From: Mobula hypostoma
Taxonomy: Eukaryota
DNA: 64,000 nt
Direction of reading: 5' to 3'
NCBI RefSeq assembly: GCF_963921235.1
Contig: NC_086097.1
Location: 73,100,001 to 73,164,000 of the forward strand
Position 1 is the first letter of the stretch; each line of letters begins with the position of its first letter. A model generated the notes under the pieces. The model had not been told where the DNA came from, did not search any database, and saw only the letters and a list, made by a program, of their open reading frames with translations. Positions 51,659 to 63,374 of this stretch are shown in pieces. The position numbers and the translations under genes are program-made.

Positions 51659-53111
51659 CTGAGGTTCCCAACTTTTTTTCTCCGAGCCTGACGTCGGTGG
51701 TGGGAAAGATGCTGGAGTCAATTATAAAAAATGAAATTACGACACATCTGGATTGCAGTAACAGGATCGGTCCGAGTCAGCATGGATTTACGAAGGGGAA
51801 ATAGTGCTTGACTAATCTTCTGGAATTTTTTGAGGATGTAACAATAAAAATGGACAAGGGAGAGCCAGTGGATGTAGTGTACCTGGACTTTCAGAAAGCC
51901 TTTGATAAAGTCCCACTTAGGAGATTAGTGGGCAAAATTAGAGCACATGGTATTGGGGGCAGAGTACTGACATGGATTGAAAATTGGCTGGCTGACAGAA
52001 AACAAAGAGTAGCGATTAACGGGTCCCTTTCGGAATGGCAGGCAGTGACCAGTGGGGTACCGCAGGGTTCAGTGCTGGGACTGCAGCTGTTTACAATATA
52101 TATTAATGATTTAGATGAGGGAATTAAAAGTAACATTAGCAAATTTGCGGATGACACAAAGCTGGGTTGCAGTGTGAATTGTGAGGAGGATGTTATAAGA
52201 ATGCAGGGTGACTTGGACAGGCTGGGTGAGTGGGCAGATGCATGGCAGATGCAGTTCAATATGGATAAATGTGAGGTTATCCACTTTGGTGGTAAGAACA
52301 GGAAGGCAGATTATTATCTAAATGGAGTTAAGTTAGCAAAAGGGGAAGTACAACAAGATCTAGGTGTTCTTGTACATCAGTGGCTGAAAGCAAGCATGCA
52401 GGTACAGCAGGCAGTGAAGAAAGCTAATGGCATGCTGGCCTTTATAACAAGGGGAATTGAGTACAAGAGCAAAGAGGTCCTTCTGCAGCTGTACAGGGCC
52501 CTGGTGAGACACACCTGGAGTACTGTGTGCAGTTTTGGTCTCCAAATTTGAGGAAGGACATTCTTGCTATTGAGTGAGTGCAGCGTAGGTTCACAAGGTT
52601 AATTCCCGGGATGACGGGACTGTCATATGTCAAGAGATTGGAGCAACTGGGCTTGTATACTCTGGAATTTAGAAGGCTGAGAGGGGATCTGATTGAAACA
52701 TATAAGATTATTAAGGGATTGGACACACCAGAGGCAGGAAACATGTTCCCGATGTTGGGGGAGTCCAGAACCAGAGGCCACAGTTTAAGAATAAGGGGTA
52801 GGCCATTTAGAACAGAGTTGAAGAAAAACTTTTTCACCCAGAGAGTGGTGGATATACGGAATGCTCTGCCCCAGAAGGCTGTGGAGGCCAAGTCTCTGGA
52901 TGCTTTCAAGAAAGAGATGGATAGATCTCTTAAAGATAGCGGAATCAAAAGTTATTGGGATAAGGCAGGCACTGGATACTGATTGTGGATGATCAGCCAT
53001 GATCACAGTGAATGGCGGTGCTGGCTCGAAGGGCCGAATGGCCTACTCCTGCTCCTATTATCTATTATGCCATGAACCAGTACCATTAAGAAAAGGGTGG
53101 TTAAACCCCTG
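51659..53111. mobile_element. Short hAT-like MITE (51659-51679 plus about 53066-53111) split by a CR1
   Basis: Degenerate TIRs CTGAGGTTCCCAAC / GGTTAAACCCCTG; degenerate 8-bp flanks ctctagtc / ctccttgt. Confidence 0.55.
51680..53066 (+). mobile_element. CR1 LINE, RT domain to 3' end, relatively young
   Basis: ORF 51808-52551 (YLDFQKAFD, SGVPQGSVLG, FADD) and ORF 52578-52982. Confidence 0.95.
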
Positions 53112-54032
53112 CTCCTTGTCTTTACTATCACCTCATGAGCCTCTAGATCCAACTTTCACCATCTCTTCAGCTTCCACCATCTTCAAAGGAATGCTATCAC
53201 CAAACAGATCTTTACCTCCCCCACCCCACTGTCAGCTATCCACAGGGATCACTCCATCTATGATTCATTTGTCCTTTTGTGCCTCCCAACACTTATTCCT
53301 GCAAGCAGCTACAGTGCCACACCTGCCCATTCACCTCCTCTCTCACCTCCAGTCAGGATCACAAACAGTCCTTCCAGGTGAGGAAACACTTCACCTGCAA
53401 ATCTGCTGGGGTCGTCTGTTGTATTTGGTTCTCCTGATGTAGCCTCTTCTACGTTGGTGAGAGCCATCGTTAATTTGGGGACTGCTTCTTTGAGCACCTC
53501 CATTCCATCCACCAAAATCGGAACTTCCCAGTGGCCAAACACTTTAATTCCAGTTTCCATTCCTGTTCTGATATGTTGGTCCACAGCTGCTGCTTGTAAC
53601 ACGATGAGGCCATCTTCAGGGCGGAGGAGCAACACCTTGTTTTCCATCTGGGTAGCCTCCAACATAATCACAAGAATATCAATTTCTCCTTCCAGTAATT
53701 TTTTTTTCTTCCCTCCTTCTCTTCCCGTCTTCTATTCCCCACTCTGGCCTCTTACTACTTACCTGCCTATCACTTCCCCCTGGGTCCCTTCCTCCTTCCC
53801 TTTCCACTCTCCTCTCCTATCTGATTCCTTCATCTCCAGCCTTTACCTTTCCCACCCACCTGGCTTCACCTATCACCTTCAAGCTATCCTTCACCCCCTC
53901 CACCCTCCCACCTTTTTATTCTGGCGTGTTCCCCCTGCCTTGTCTCAGAGCCTGAAATGTCGACTATTTGTTCATTTCCATGGATGCTGTCTGACCTGCT
54001 GAGTTCCTCCAGTATCTTGTGTGTGGTGCTTT
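53112..54032 (+). mobile_element. Penelope-like element 3' part with GIY-YIG and terminal repeat
   Basis: Homologous to the reverse complement of 22600-23500; pyrimidine tract, then gcctgaaatgtcgact...gagttcctccag (hammerhead 5' core deleted). Confidence 0.85.
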
Positions 54033-54439
54033 TCTTTAATATCACTGCTTTCTCTCCACAGTTACTGCCAAAGCTAATGAGTATTTCAAACACATTTAGT
54101 TTTTTTTATTTTTAGGAATGGAGAGAGACAAAGAGGTGGAAGGAAAGGCAACAAAGCAGAGGGGTCCAGAAAATCTGTGTAGCTTCAACATTTCCGCCTC
54201 CATCACTTCTCCAGCACCACCACCACAATAAAAATAAACTCTCACTTTTGTTCCTAACTATTGTCAAGTTTGCCTGGGGTAACAAGTCACTGAGTTTTAA
54301 CAAAAAGGCCTGAGCCTGCAACTTGTGTCACAGGTGCTTCATTGGTGCTCTGCTTTTGTGTTAGCAATTGCCTCCTGTGAGGCTGTCTTGCTCACTGAGC
54401 CCACCAACCATCAAACACCAAATGTTTAGACTGATCCTA

Positions 54440-54675
54440 TTTTAGCCCATTTTATTTCACCTGAATTCTACCACACCAAGAACATTGTACAGTGTCCAAT
54501 TAGCCTTCCAGCCAGTATGTGTATAGGATGTGGGGAAACACTGAATTATGCAGGGGAAACGGGCCTGGCTATGGGAAGAGTGTTTGTACTCCACACAGAC
54601 AGCATCAAAGGTCAGGGCTGAGTCCAGATTGCGGGAGTTGTGAACTAGCAGCAGCACCACCACTGAACTGTCAAA
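54440..54675 (-). repeat. tRNA-derived SINE (V-SINE/HE1-like)
   Basis: ccaattagcc...ggatgtggggaaacactg...actccacacagacagc...gtcagggctgagtccag. Confidence 0.6.
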
Positions 54676-54989
54676 GCCACCCTCTGTGTAGAGCAGATAC
54701 AATTAGGGCAATTTAATAGAGGTATTCAAAATTGAGGGCTTTTGCAGTAACCTGAATAATAATGGCAGAGAGGACAGAAAATAATGAGTGTAGTGGCAAA
54801 ATTGATCCAAATGAAACAATTGCTGCCAGCCTGCGACCCCACGGAGTTGTTATACTTGTGTGACACACCCACAGCTCCTAAAGATTGTTCCAAAGAGTTG
54901 AATTCCCATTTCTGATTCTTTTATTAGCAATTAGCAAACATACTATTAAGCATTATTGAGCATTATATCAGCGATCAGGAAAGATACAG

Positions 54990-56205
54990 GAAAGATTCAG
55001 GAAAGGTTACTAGGAAAGTTGACAAGGGTAAAGCGGTGGATCTTGCCTATATGGACTTCAATAAGGCCTTTGACAAGGTTCCACGTGGAAGGTTAGTTAG
55101 CAAGGTTCAATCGTTAGGCATTAATATCGAAGTAGTAAAATGGATTCAGCAGTGGCTGGATGGGAGACGCCAGAGAGTAGTGGTGGATAACTGTGTGTCA
55201 GATTGGAGGACGGTGTGTAGCGGTGTGCATCAGGGATCTGTACTGGGTCCAATGTTCTTTGTCGTATATATTAATGATCTGGATGATGGGCGGTAAATTG
55301 GATTAGTAAGTATGCAGATGACACTAAGATAGGTGGCGTTATGGATAACGAAGTAGGTTTTCAAAGCTTGCAGAGAGATTTAAGCCAATTGGAAGAGTGG
55401 GCTGAAAGATGGCAGATGGAGTTTAATGCTGAAAAATGTGAGGTGCTACATTTTGGTAGGACTAATCAAAATAGGACATATATGGTAAATGGTAGGGCAT
55501 TGAAGAATGCTGTAGAACAGAGGGATCTAGGAATAATGGTGCATAGTTCCCTGTAGGTGGAATCTCATGTGGATAGGGTGGTGAAGAAAGCTTTTGGTAT
55601 GCTGGCCTTTATTAATGAGACCATTGAGTATAGGAGTTGGGATGTAATGTTAAAATTGTATAAGGCATTGGTAAGACCAAATTTGGAGTATTGTGTACAG
55701 TTCTGGTCACCGAATTATAGGAAAGATGTCAATAAAATTGAGAGAGTACAGAGGAGGTTTACTAAAATGTTGCCTGGGTTTCATCTCCTAAGTTACAGAG
55801 AAAGGTTGAACAAGTTAGGTCTTTATTCTTTGGAGCGTAGAAGGTTGAGAGGGGACTTGATAGAGGTATTTAAAATTATGAGGGGGATTGATAGAGTTGA
55901 CATGGATAGGCTTTTTCCATTGAGAGTGGGGGAGATTCAAGAAGTGGACGTGAGTTGAGTTAAAGGGCAGAAGTTTAGGGGTAACATGAGGGGGAACTTC
56001 TTTACTCAGAGTGGTGGCTGTGTGGAGCGAGCTTCCAGCAGAAGTGGTTGTGGCAGGTTTGATGTTGTTGTTTAAAGTTAATTGGATTGATATATGGACA
56101 GAAAGGGAATGGAGGGTTATGGACTGAGTGCAGGTCAGTGGGACTAGGTGAGAGTAGGAGTTCGGCATGGACCAGAAGAGCCGAGATGGCCTGTTTCCGT
56201 GCTGT
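54990..56205 (+). mobile_element. CR1 LINE RT to 3' end, inserted in the BEL LTR; tail remnant at about 59234-59248
   Basis: YMDFNKAFDKVP, SGVHQGSVLGP, YADD; tail tgttatatggttata displaced by the next element. Confidence 0.92.
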
Positions 56206-56207
56206 TA

Positions 56208-59200
56208 TTAGACCATAAGACAAAGGAGCAGAAGTTGGCCATTCGGCCCATCGAGTCTGCTCCGCCATTTTATCATGAGCTGATCCATTCTCCCATTTAG
56301 TCCCACTCCCCCGCCTTCTCACCATAATGTTTGATGCCCTGGCTACTCAGATACCTATCAATCTCTGCCTTAAGTACACCCAATGACTTGGCCTCCACTG
56401 CTGCCCGTGGCAACAAATTCCATAGATTCACCACCCTCTGACTAAAAAAATTTTCTTTGCATTTCTGTTCTGAATGTGCGCCCTTCAAACCTTAAGTCAT
56501 GCCCTCTCGTACTAGACTCCCCCATCATGTGAAACAACTTTGCTACATCCACTCTGTCCATGCCTTAACATTTGAAATGTTTCTATGAGGTCTCCCCTCA
56601 TTCTTCTAAACTCCAAGGAATACAGTCCAAGAGCGGACAAACTTTCCTCATATGTTAACCCTCTCATTCCCGGAATCATTCTAGTGAATTTTCTCTGTAC
56701 CCTCTCCAACGTCAGCACATCCCTTTCTTAAATAAGGAGACCAAAACTGCCCACAGTACTCCAAGTGAGGTCTCTCCAGCACATTATAGAGCCTCAACAT
56801 CACGTCCCTGCTCCTATACTCTATTCCTCTAGAAATGAATGCCAACATTGCATTCGCCTTCTTCACTACTGACTCAACCTGGAGGTTAACCTTAAGGATA
56901 TCCTGTACGGGACTCCCAAGTCCCGTTGCATCTCTGAACTTTGAATTCTTTCCCCATTTAAATAATAATCTGCCCGTTTATTATTTCTGCCAAAGTGCAT
57001 AACCATACACTTTCCAACATTGTACTTCATTTGCCACTTCTCTGCCCATTCTTCCAATCTATCCAAGTCTCTCTGCAGATTCTCCATTTCCTCAGCACTA
57101 CCGGCCCCTCCACCTATCTTCGTATCGTCAGCAAACTTAGCCACAAAGCCATCTATTCCATAATCCAAATCATTGATGTACAATGTAAAAAGAAATGGCC
57201 CCAACACGGACCCCTGTGGAACACCACTGGTAACTGGTAGCCAACCAGAATAGGATCCCTTTATTCCCACTCTCTGTTTCCTGCCAACGCTCTATCCGCG
57301 TATGTAACTTTCCCATAATTCCATGGGCTCTGTTAAGTAGCCTCATGTGTGGCACCTTGTCAAAGGCCTTCTGAAAATCCAAATATACAACATCCACTGC
57401 ATCTCCTTGTCTAGCCTACTGGTAATTTCCTCAAAAAATTGTAATAGGTTTGTCAGGCAGGATTTTCCTTTAAGGAATCCATGCTGAGTTCTGCCTATCT
57501 TGTCATATGCCTCCAGGTACTCTGTAACCTCATCCTTGACAATCGACTCCAACAACTTCCCAACCATCGATGTCAAGCTACACACATCAAAGTTGCTGGT
57601 GAACGCAGCAAGCCAGGCAGCATCTGTAGGAAGAGGTGCAGTCGACGTTTCAGGCCCGAGACGAAGGGTCTCTGCCTGAAACGTCGACTGCACCTCTTCC
57701 TACAGATGCTGCCTGGCCTGCTGCGTTCACCAGCAACTTTGATGTGTGTTGCTTGAATTTCCAGCATCTGCAGAATTCCTGTTGTTTATCAATGTCAAGC
57801 TAACAGGTCTATAATTTCCTTTTTGCTTCCTTGTCCCCTTCTTAAATAGCGGAGTGACATTTGCAATCCTCCAGTCCTCCGGAACCATGCCAGAATCTAT
57901 CGACTTTTGAAAGATCATCGCTAATGCCTCCGCAATCTCCACAGCTACTTCCTTCAGAAAACACGGGTGCATTCCATCTGGTCCAGGAGATTTATCTACC
58001 CTTAGACTATTCAGCTTCCTGAGTACTTTCTCTGTCGTAATTGTGACTGCGCACACTTCTCCTCCCTGCCACCCTTGAGTGTCCGGTATACTGCTGATGT
58101 CTTCCTCAGTGAAGACTGATGCAACATACTTGTTCAGTTTCTCTGCCATCTCCTTATCTCCCATTACAATTTCTCCAGTATCATTTTTTATCGGTCCTAT
58201 ATCTACTCTCACCTGTCTTTTACTCTTTATATACTTGAAAAAGCTTTTAGTATCCTCTTTGATATTATTTGCTAGCTTCCTTTTTTTAGTTAATCTTTTC
58301 CCTCTTAATGACCTTCTTGGTTTCCTTTTGTAAGGTTTTAAAAACTTCCCAATCCTCTGTCTTCCCACTAATTTTTGCTTCCTTGTATGCCCTCTCCTTT
58401 GCTTTAACCTTGGCTTTGACTTCTCTGGTCAACCACGTTTGCATCCTTTTTCCATTTGAAAATTTCTTCTTTTTTGGAATATACCTGTCTTGCACCTTCC
58501 TCGCCTTTCGCATAAACTGCTGCCACTGTGCTCTGCCGTCCTTCCCGCCAGTGTCCCTTTCCAGTCAACTTTGGCCAGTTCCTCTCTCATGCCACTGTAA
58601 CTTCCTTTACTCCACTGAAATACCGACACATCAGATTTCGGCTTCTCTTTTTCAAATTTCACAGTGAACTCAATCATGTTATGATCACTGTCTCCTAAGG
58701 GTTCCTTCACCTCAATCTCTCCAATCACCTCTGGTTCATTACACAATACTTAATCCAGTACAGCCGACCATCTAGTGGGCTCAATAACAAGCTGTTCTAA
58801 AAAGCCATCTCGCAGACATTCTACAAATTCTCTCTCTTGAGATCCAGTGCCAACCTGATTTTCCCAATCCACTCGCATGTTGAAATCCCCCACAATTATC
58901 ATAACACTGCCCTTCTGACAAGCCTTTTCTATTTCCTGTTGTAATTTGTAGTCACATCCCTGCAGCTGTTTGGAGGCCTATAAATAACTGCCATCAGGGT
59001 CCTTTTACCCCTGCAATTTCTTAGCTCAACTCATAAAGATTCTGCACCTTCCGATCCTATATCACCTCTTTCTAATGATTTAATATAATTTCTTACCAAT
59101 AAAGCCATGCCTCCCCCTCTGCCTACCTTCCTATCTTTCCGATACACCGTGTATCCTTGGACGTTCAGCTCCCAGAGACATGCATCCTTTAGCCAGGTCT

Positions 59201-59232
59201 CTGTGATGGCCACAATAACATACCTGCCATAT
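56208..59232 (-). mobile_element. CR1 LINE with most of ORF2 (APE endonuclease plus RT), frameshifted
   Basis: VIVAITETWL, GDSDHN, KSPGPDGMHP, NYRPVSLT, QHGF, SGVPQGSVLGP, FADD. Confidence 0.95.
57581..57787. mobile_element. Palindromic Penelope terminal-repeat insertion inside the CR1
   Basis: 75-bp inverted arms 57581-57655 / 57674-57748 with one mismatch; 15-bp TSD ATC(G/A)ATGTCAAGCTA at 57566-57580 and 57788-57802. Confidence 0.92.
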
Positions 59233-61888
59233 CTTGTTATATGGTTATACACAGTACCCAGCTACAAACTGCCATAAAATAAGCATGAATATGTAACTTA
59301 TCCCTTTATTGCCATGCCCCTACTAATGTAACTAGTTACCATAAGAAACATGATAGATATGCAACACAGAATACATGGCTGCTACATTCCAGCCCCCTAA
59401 TCATTATACTATAATAATTATAACGGCATGCTACGAAGATACAGGAGACATGAAATCTTAACATTTACACAAATGTTCTCCTTTGGTAAGCAGTCCATCT
59501 TGGACTTTGCCCTCCTGCCAAACCAGGTTGTTCCTCTTGACCACATTCAGAAAAATCTGTCTTGAAACTCTGTAGCTAGAGCTCAGCAAAGTGCAAAACT
59601 GAAGTCCCGTTAACGGTTCTGGCAGAAAGTAGTTTCTTCCATCATCATGGTCTCCTTTCAATGGTCCATTAACATTCCAGCCTACCACTGTTATGATTTC
59701 ACAGGGACTATCGTTAACACCGTGGATCAATTCCAACAGCTCAAATACTTTAACCACATTCATCCCTATCAATAGCTCAATTTCTGGCAAAAAAAGGCAT
59801 TCTTCAGGTGAGACCATTCCTGAAGATCTCCTTGATGAAGAATATTCCCTTTGTGGACAGGCATATGTTCCTATGTATAGATGTTAGACAACTTGCATTA
59901 GTTTTTACTGTCCAAGCCATCCATTCACAATACTGAAATGAAGTAGCTACTCACAACATTTTCTTGATCTGTGGTGCATAAGGGAATGCGTGTTCCTTCT
60001 CCTGTTAGGTTGAGCTTGTTCATGAGACTCACTGTACAGAACACTGCAGTACTCCCTTGATCTAGGAGAGCATAAGTAACTACTGTCTTGTTACTCTTCT
60101 TAGATTTCACCTGAACTCAAATTAGAGGAAGTTCACAATCATAATCATAAGACCATTAGACACCAGGGCAGTACTCAGTCCTGTGTTTGCTTCATTTATG
60201 GCTTATTTGGAATCTGCACCTTTTTCATCAGCTTCAGGCTCAGTTTCACTTTCCACAGTACCGTGGTGGCAATGCTACTTCCTTTAGCTTGAGAATAAAT
60301 TTGTGATCTAGTTTTGTTCACACCTTTACTTACTGCTGGCAATGTAGCCTTGTATACCTTCCCAAACATGGGTGTGTAACAATCTTCATTTGCCTTTCAA
60401 TTAAAATCAACAATGTCAGTGAAAGTAACCTTGTGGTTCTTTCTTGCAGCTCATATACCCTTGATCTTCATTCTTTTCTAAGCTCATTGGGCAATTTACC
60501 TATGACAATCTTCATATCAGCAGGCATGTTCAACTCGTGCATGCCTTGCAAGTCTTCCATGGTATTGCAACAACTTGAGAAAAAGACTGTAGTCTTGAAG
60601 AGTTTTTGTGTCTTCAGATTTTTAATATGCTACCAAGAAAGAGCCTTTTCCATGTCGGCACAACAATTATCTGCTCATCGACAAAGATTTCCTGGGGTAA
60701 AGCTTGAGCCTTCAGTGCACCATTTAGACCTTTCTTATCTGAAACGCAAGTGTCATTGTACACTGTGTCCTATTGGATATGGCACAGGCTCAGAGTACCT
60801 CTTTGGTGCAGGCTGAGAGTGAACCACCCCTTGGGTTTTAAACTCGTGGCTCATAGTCTTTTGATTCTGAAATGTATCCAATTTGACACTGAGTATGCTG
60901 GATTTTCTCTGTTCCATGCCAACATAGGAACTCTCACCAAAGAACTGTTCTGCTGGAGCATGTTTAGCACTCAGAGCATATGAAGCCCTTAGCACTTTAA
61001 CTCTGGCCATCTTGGCTGCGATTTCTTCTTGCAATTTAAACTCCTCCATGTTCCTCCAAAGCTGATCCACCTGCTGTTCCTGGCTTCTTCAAAGCTGTCC
61101 CTGGTCTTTTCGAAGCTGTTCTACCTTTTTCTTCAAGGCATGCTTATTCCTCACCCATCTGTTGTCTTGTGTATAACTGAGCTAAATCAGCCTCCGTTGT
61201 AATGTTCAGACACACAGGACATCATTCTGCTAGGAACGGAGCGTGTTCCATGCATATTAGACATGCTGTCTTCAGCGCGTACGCATCCTGTAACTTATCA
61301 GTTGTCACAGCTTGCTCTTTGTCTTCATAAATATTTTCATTTTCCTCAGGGAACTGACCTCCAACAGCACGTTTATTTAATTTCTCTCTTAGCTTCAAGG
61401 TTGCTGCTTCCAGCTGAAATAATTTTGTCTTCCAAGTGCACAGATGAGACAAAACAATGTCAGTTTCAATTCAGCTTTTCAACGATAGAAGCAATTCAAT
61501 TATTTCAATTCTTCAGCATTCAACAGAACCACGGGTCGAACACTTCAGGCAGCCACCACTACAGCTTTCCAGTCTAATCCAGTTGGACACGACAACGTTG
61601 ACCACTTCAAAACTGTTTCAAATTCATACACACAGCGTGAAACAACAAAGGTCATACTTGCCATAAGCCACTCTAGGCTAGTGCTTCCAACTTCTCAGAT
61701 ACATCTGAGTGTTGATGTTCATTTGGTGTAACTGTTGAACCTTTGCTAACAAAATGCAGCAGCAAAATTGATTGAAATTGATCCAAGCGAAACAATTGCC
61801 ACCAGCATATGACCCCACAGAGTTGCTAAATTTACATGACTTGCCCACAGCTCCAATGATTGCTCCAAAGAGTTGAAGTCCCTTTTTG

Positions 61889-62240
61889 AAACATGAAAAA
61901 TTCTGCAGATGCTAGAAATCCGAAGCAACACAGACAAAATGCTGGAAGAACTCAGGCCTAGACCCTTCATCACGACTGGAAAGGAATTGGAGAGGAGTCA
62001 GACTAAGAAGATGGGGGAAGAGGAGGAAGGTGGCAGGTGTTAGGTGAAACCCGGGAGAGTGGGAGGGCGTGAAGTAAAGAGCCGGGAAGTTGATTGATGA
62101 AAGAGATAAAGGGCTGGAGAAGGGGAATCTGATGGGAGATGGATGAAGACTGTGGAAGAAAGGGAAGGGGGAGGAGCACCTGAAGGAGGAGATGGGCAAG
62201 TAAGGAGATAAAGTGAGAGCAGGAAACAGGAATGGGGAAT
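61889..62240 (-). mobile_element. Penelope terminal fragment inserted in the BEL 5' LTR
   Basis: ctgcagatgctagaaat..caaaatgctggaagaactcagg..gacccttcatcacgactgg followed by a purine tract. Confidence 0.85.
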
Positions 62241-62824
62241 TGGCAAATATACAATTAAGCATTATTGAGTGTTATCTCAGCGATCAGCAAAGACATGACC
62301 TCTGAGGTTCCAAAGATACAGACTGCCATGAAATAAGCATGAATACTTGTCCTGTTTGCTATTACCACACCCTCACTAACGTGACTGACTTGTTACTGTA
62401 ATAAACCCACAGCAGAGAATACATGGCTCCTATGATGCCAATGGTTTTTCTATACAAATTGTGTGACTAAACAGTAGCGGAGATAGTATTTTTTTGAACA
62501 AGAATGAATATAAGAAAATGCTAAGTCAGCACTGATATGAGGTTAGAGCAAGAGAATGGGACAACTTGAAAGACCAAATAACAAATGAGTCGAATGGCTC
62601 CCTCTGGTGTTGTATGATTCCATACACAAGAAGATGCTCCAGATAATCCATCATGGTTGTAAAGATCATTTGAAGATGGTCCCTCATTTAAATGAAGTTT
62701 GCATGTCCAAGTAATTGCAATCATGTTTTTACCTTAAAATTGCTCTGTAACAAAGCAGTGGCAGTGTTGAATGTTCTGAAGAAAGTTGCTGGACTAAGTG
62801 TTATTCTGTCACATACCCTGGATA

Positions 62825-63260
62825 AAGCAGAATCAGAATCAAGTTTATTATCAACGGCATTTCGTGAAATCTGTGGGCATAGCAGCAGCAGTACAATGTA
62901 ATATGTGATAATATTGAAAGTAAAAAAATTAAATCAATTACAGTAAGTATACAGTATATGTATATATAAATATATTTAAAATCGTGCAAAAATAGAAGTA
63001 GTATAGTTTTTAACAAAGTGAGGTGGTGTTCATGGGGTTCAATGTCCAATTAGGAATCGTATGACAGAGGGAAAGATGCTGTTCCTGAATTGCTGAGTGT
63101 GTGCCTTCAGGCTTCTTCACGTCCTTCCCAGTGGTAACAATGAGAAGAGGGCATGCCTTGGGTGATGGGGTTCGCCTTTCTGATACACCACTCCTTGATG
63201 ATGTCTTGGATACTACGGAGGCTAGTACCCAAGAAGGAGCTGACTAATTTTACAAGTAGC
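62825..63260 (-). mobile_element. Rex1/Babar-like 3' end
   Basis: (AGAATC)n tail; colinear with 13961-14400. Confidence 0.8.
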
Positions 63261-63374
63261 ATCTTATTGAAGTCATGCAAGCAGATGAGAGTTATGCACC
63301 TAGCTTTTCCCGTTGTCAAATTGGGCAAGATATCTGCTTTGATATTTCAGTAGTTCTGCAACATTGCGATGGAT

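Larger units (their letters stand above)
54789..62434 (-). mobile_element. BEL/Pao-like LTR retrotransposon, internally deleted, both LTRs split by later insertions
   Basis: 3' LTR = 54789-about 54988 plus about 59249-59386 (TGTAG...CTACA); 5' LTR = 61755-61888 plus about 62240-62434; PPT AGGGGGCTGGAA (minus strand, 59387-59398); protease motif TYALLDQGSTAVFCT and ELLIGM..GWNVNGP; coiled-coil gag-like fragments. Confidence 0.85.

Noticed and set aside
53454..54002. 182-aa ORF with apparent paralogues at 21019 and 22952
   Set aside because: Alternate frame of the Penelope GIY-YIG region and pyrimidine tract; similarity reflects repeat copies, not a gene family.
57581..57748. Hairpin as a miRNA gene or TIR-type MITE
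   Set aside because: The arms are PLE terminal sequence, the insert is asymmetric (extra 39 bp on the right) and the TSD is 15 bp, which fits retrotransposition.
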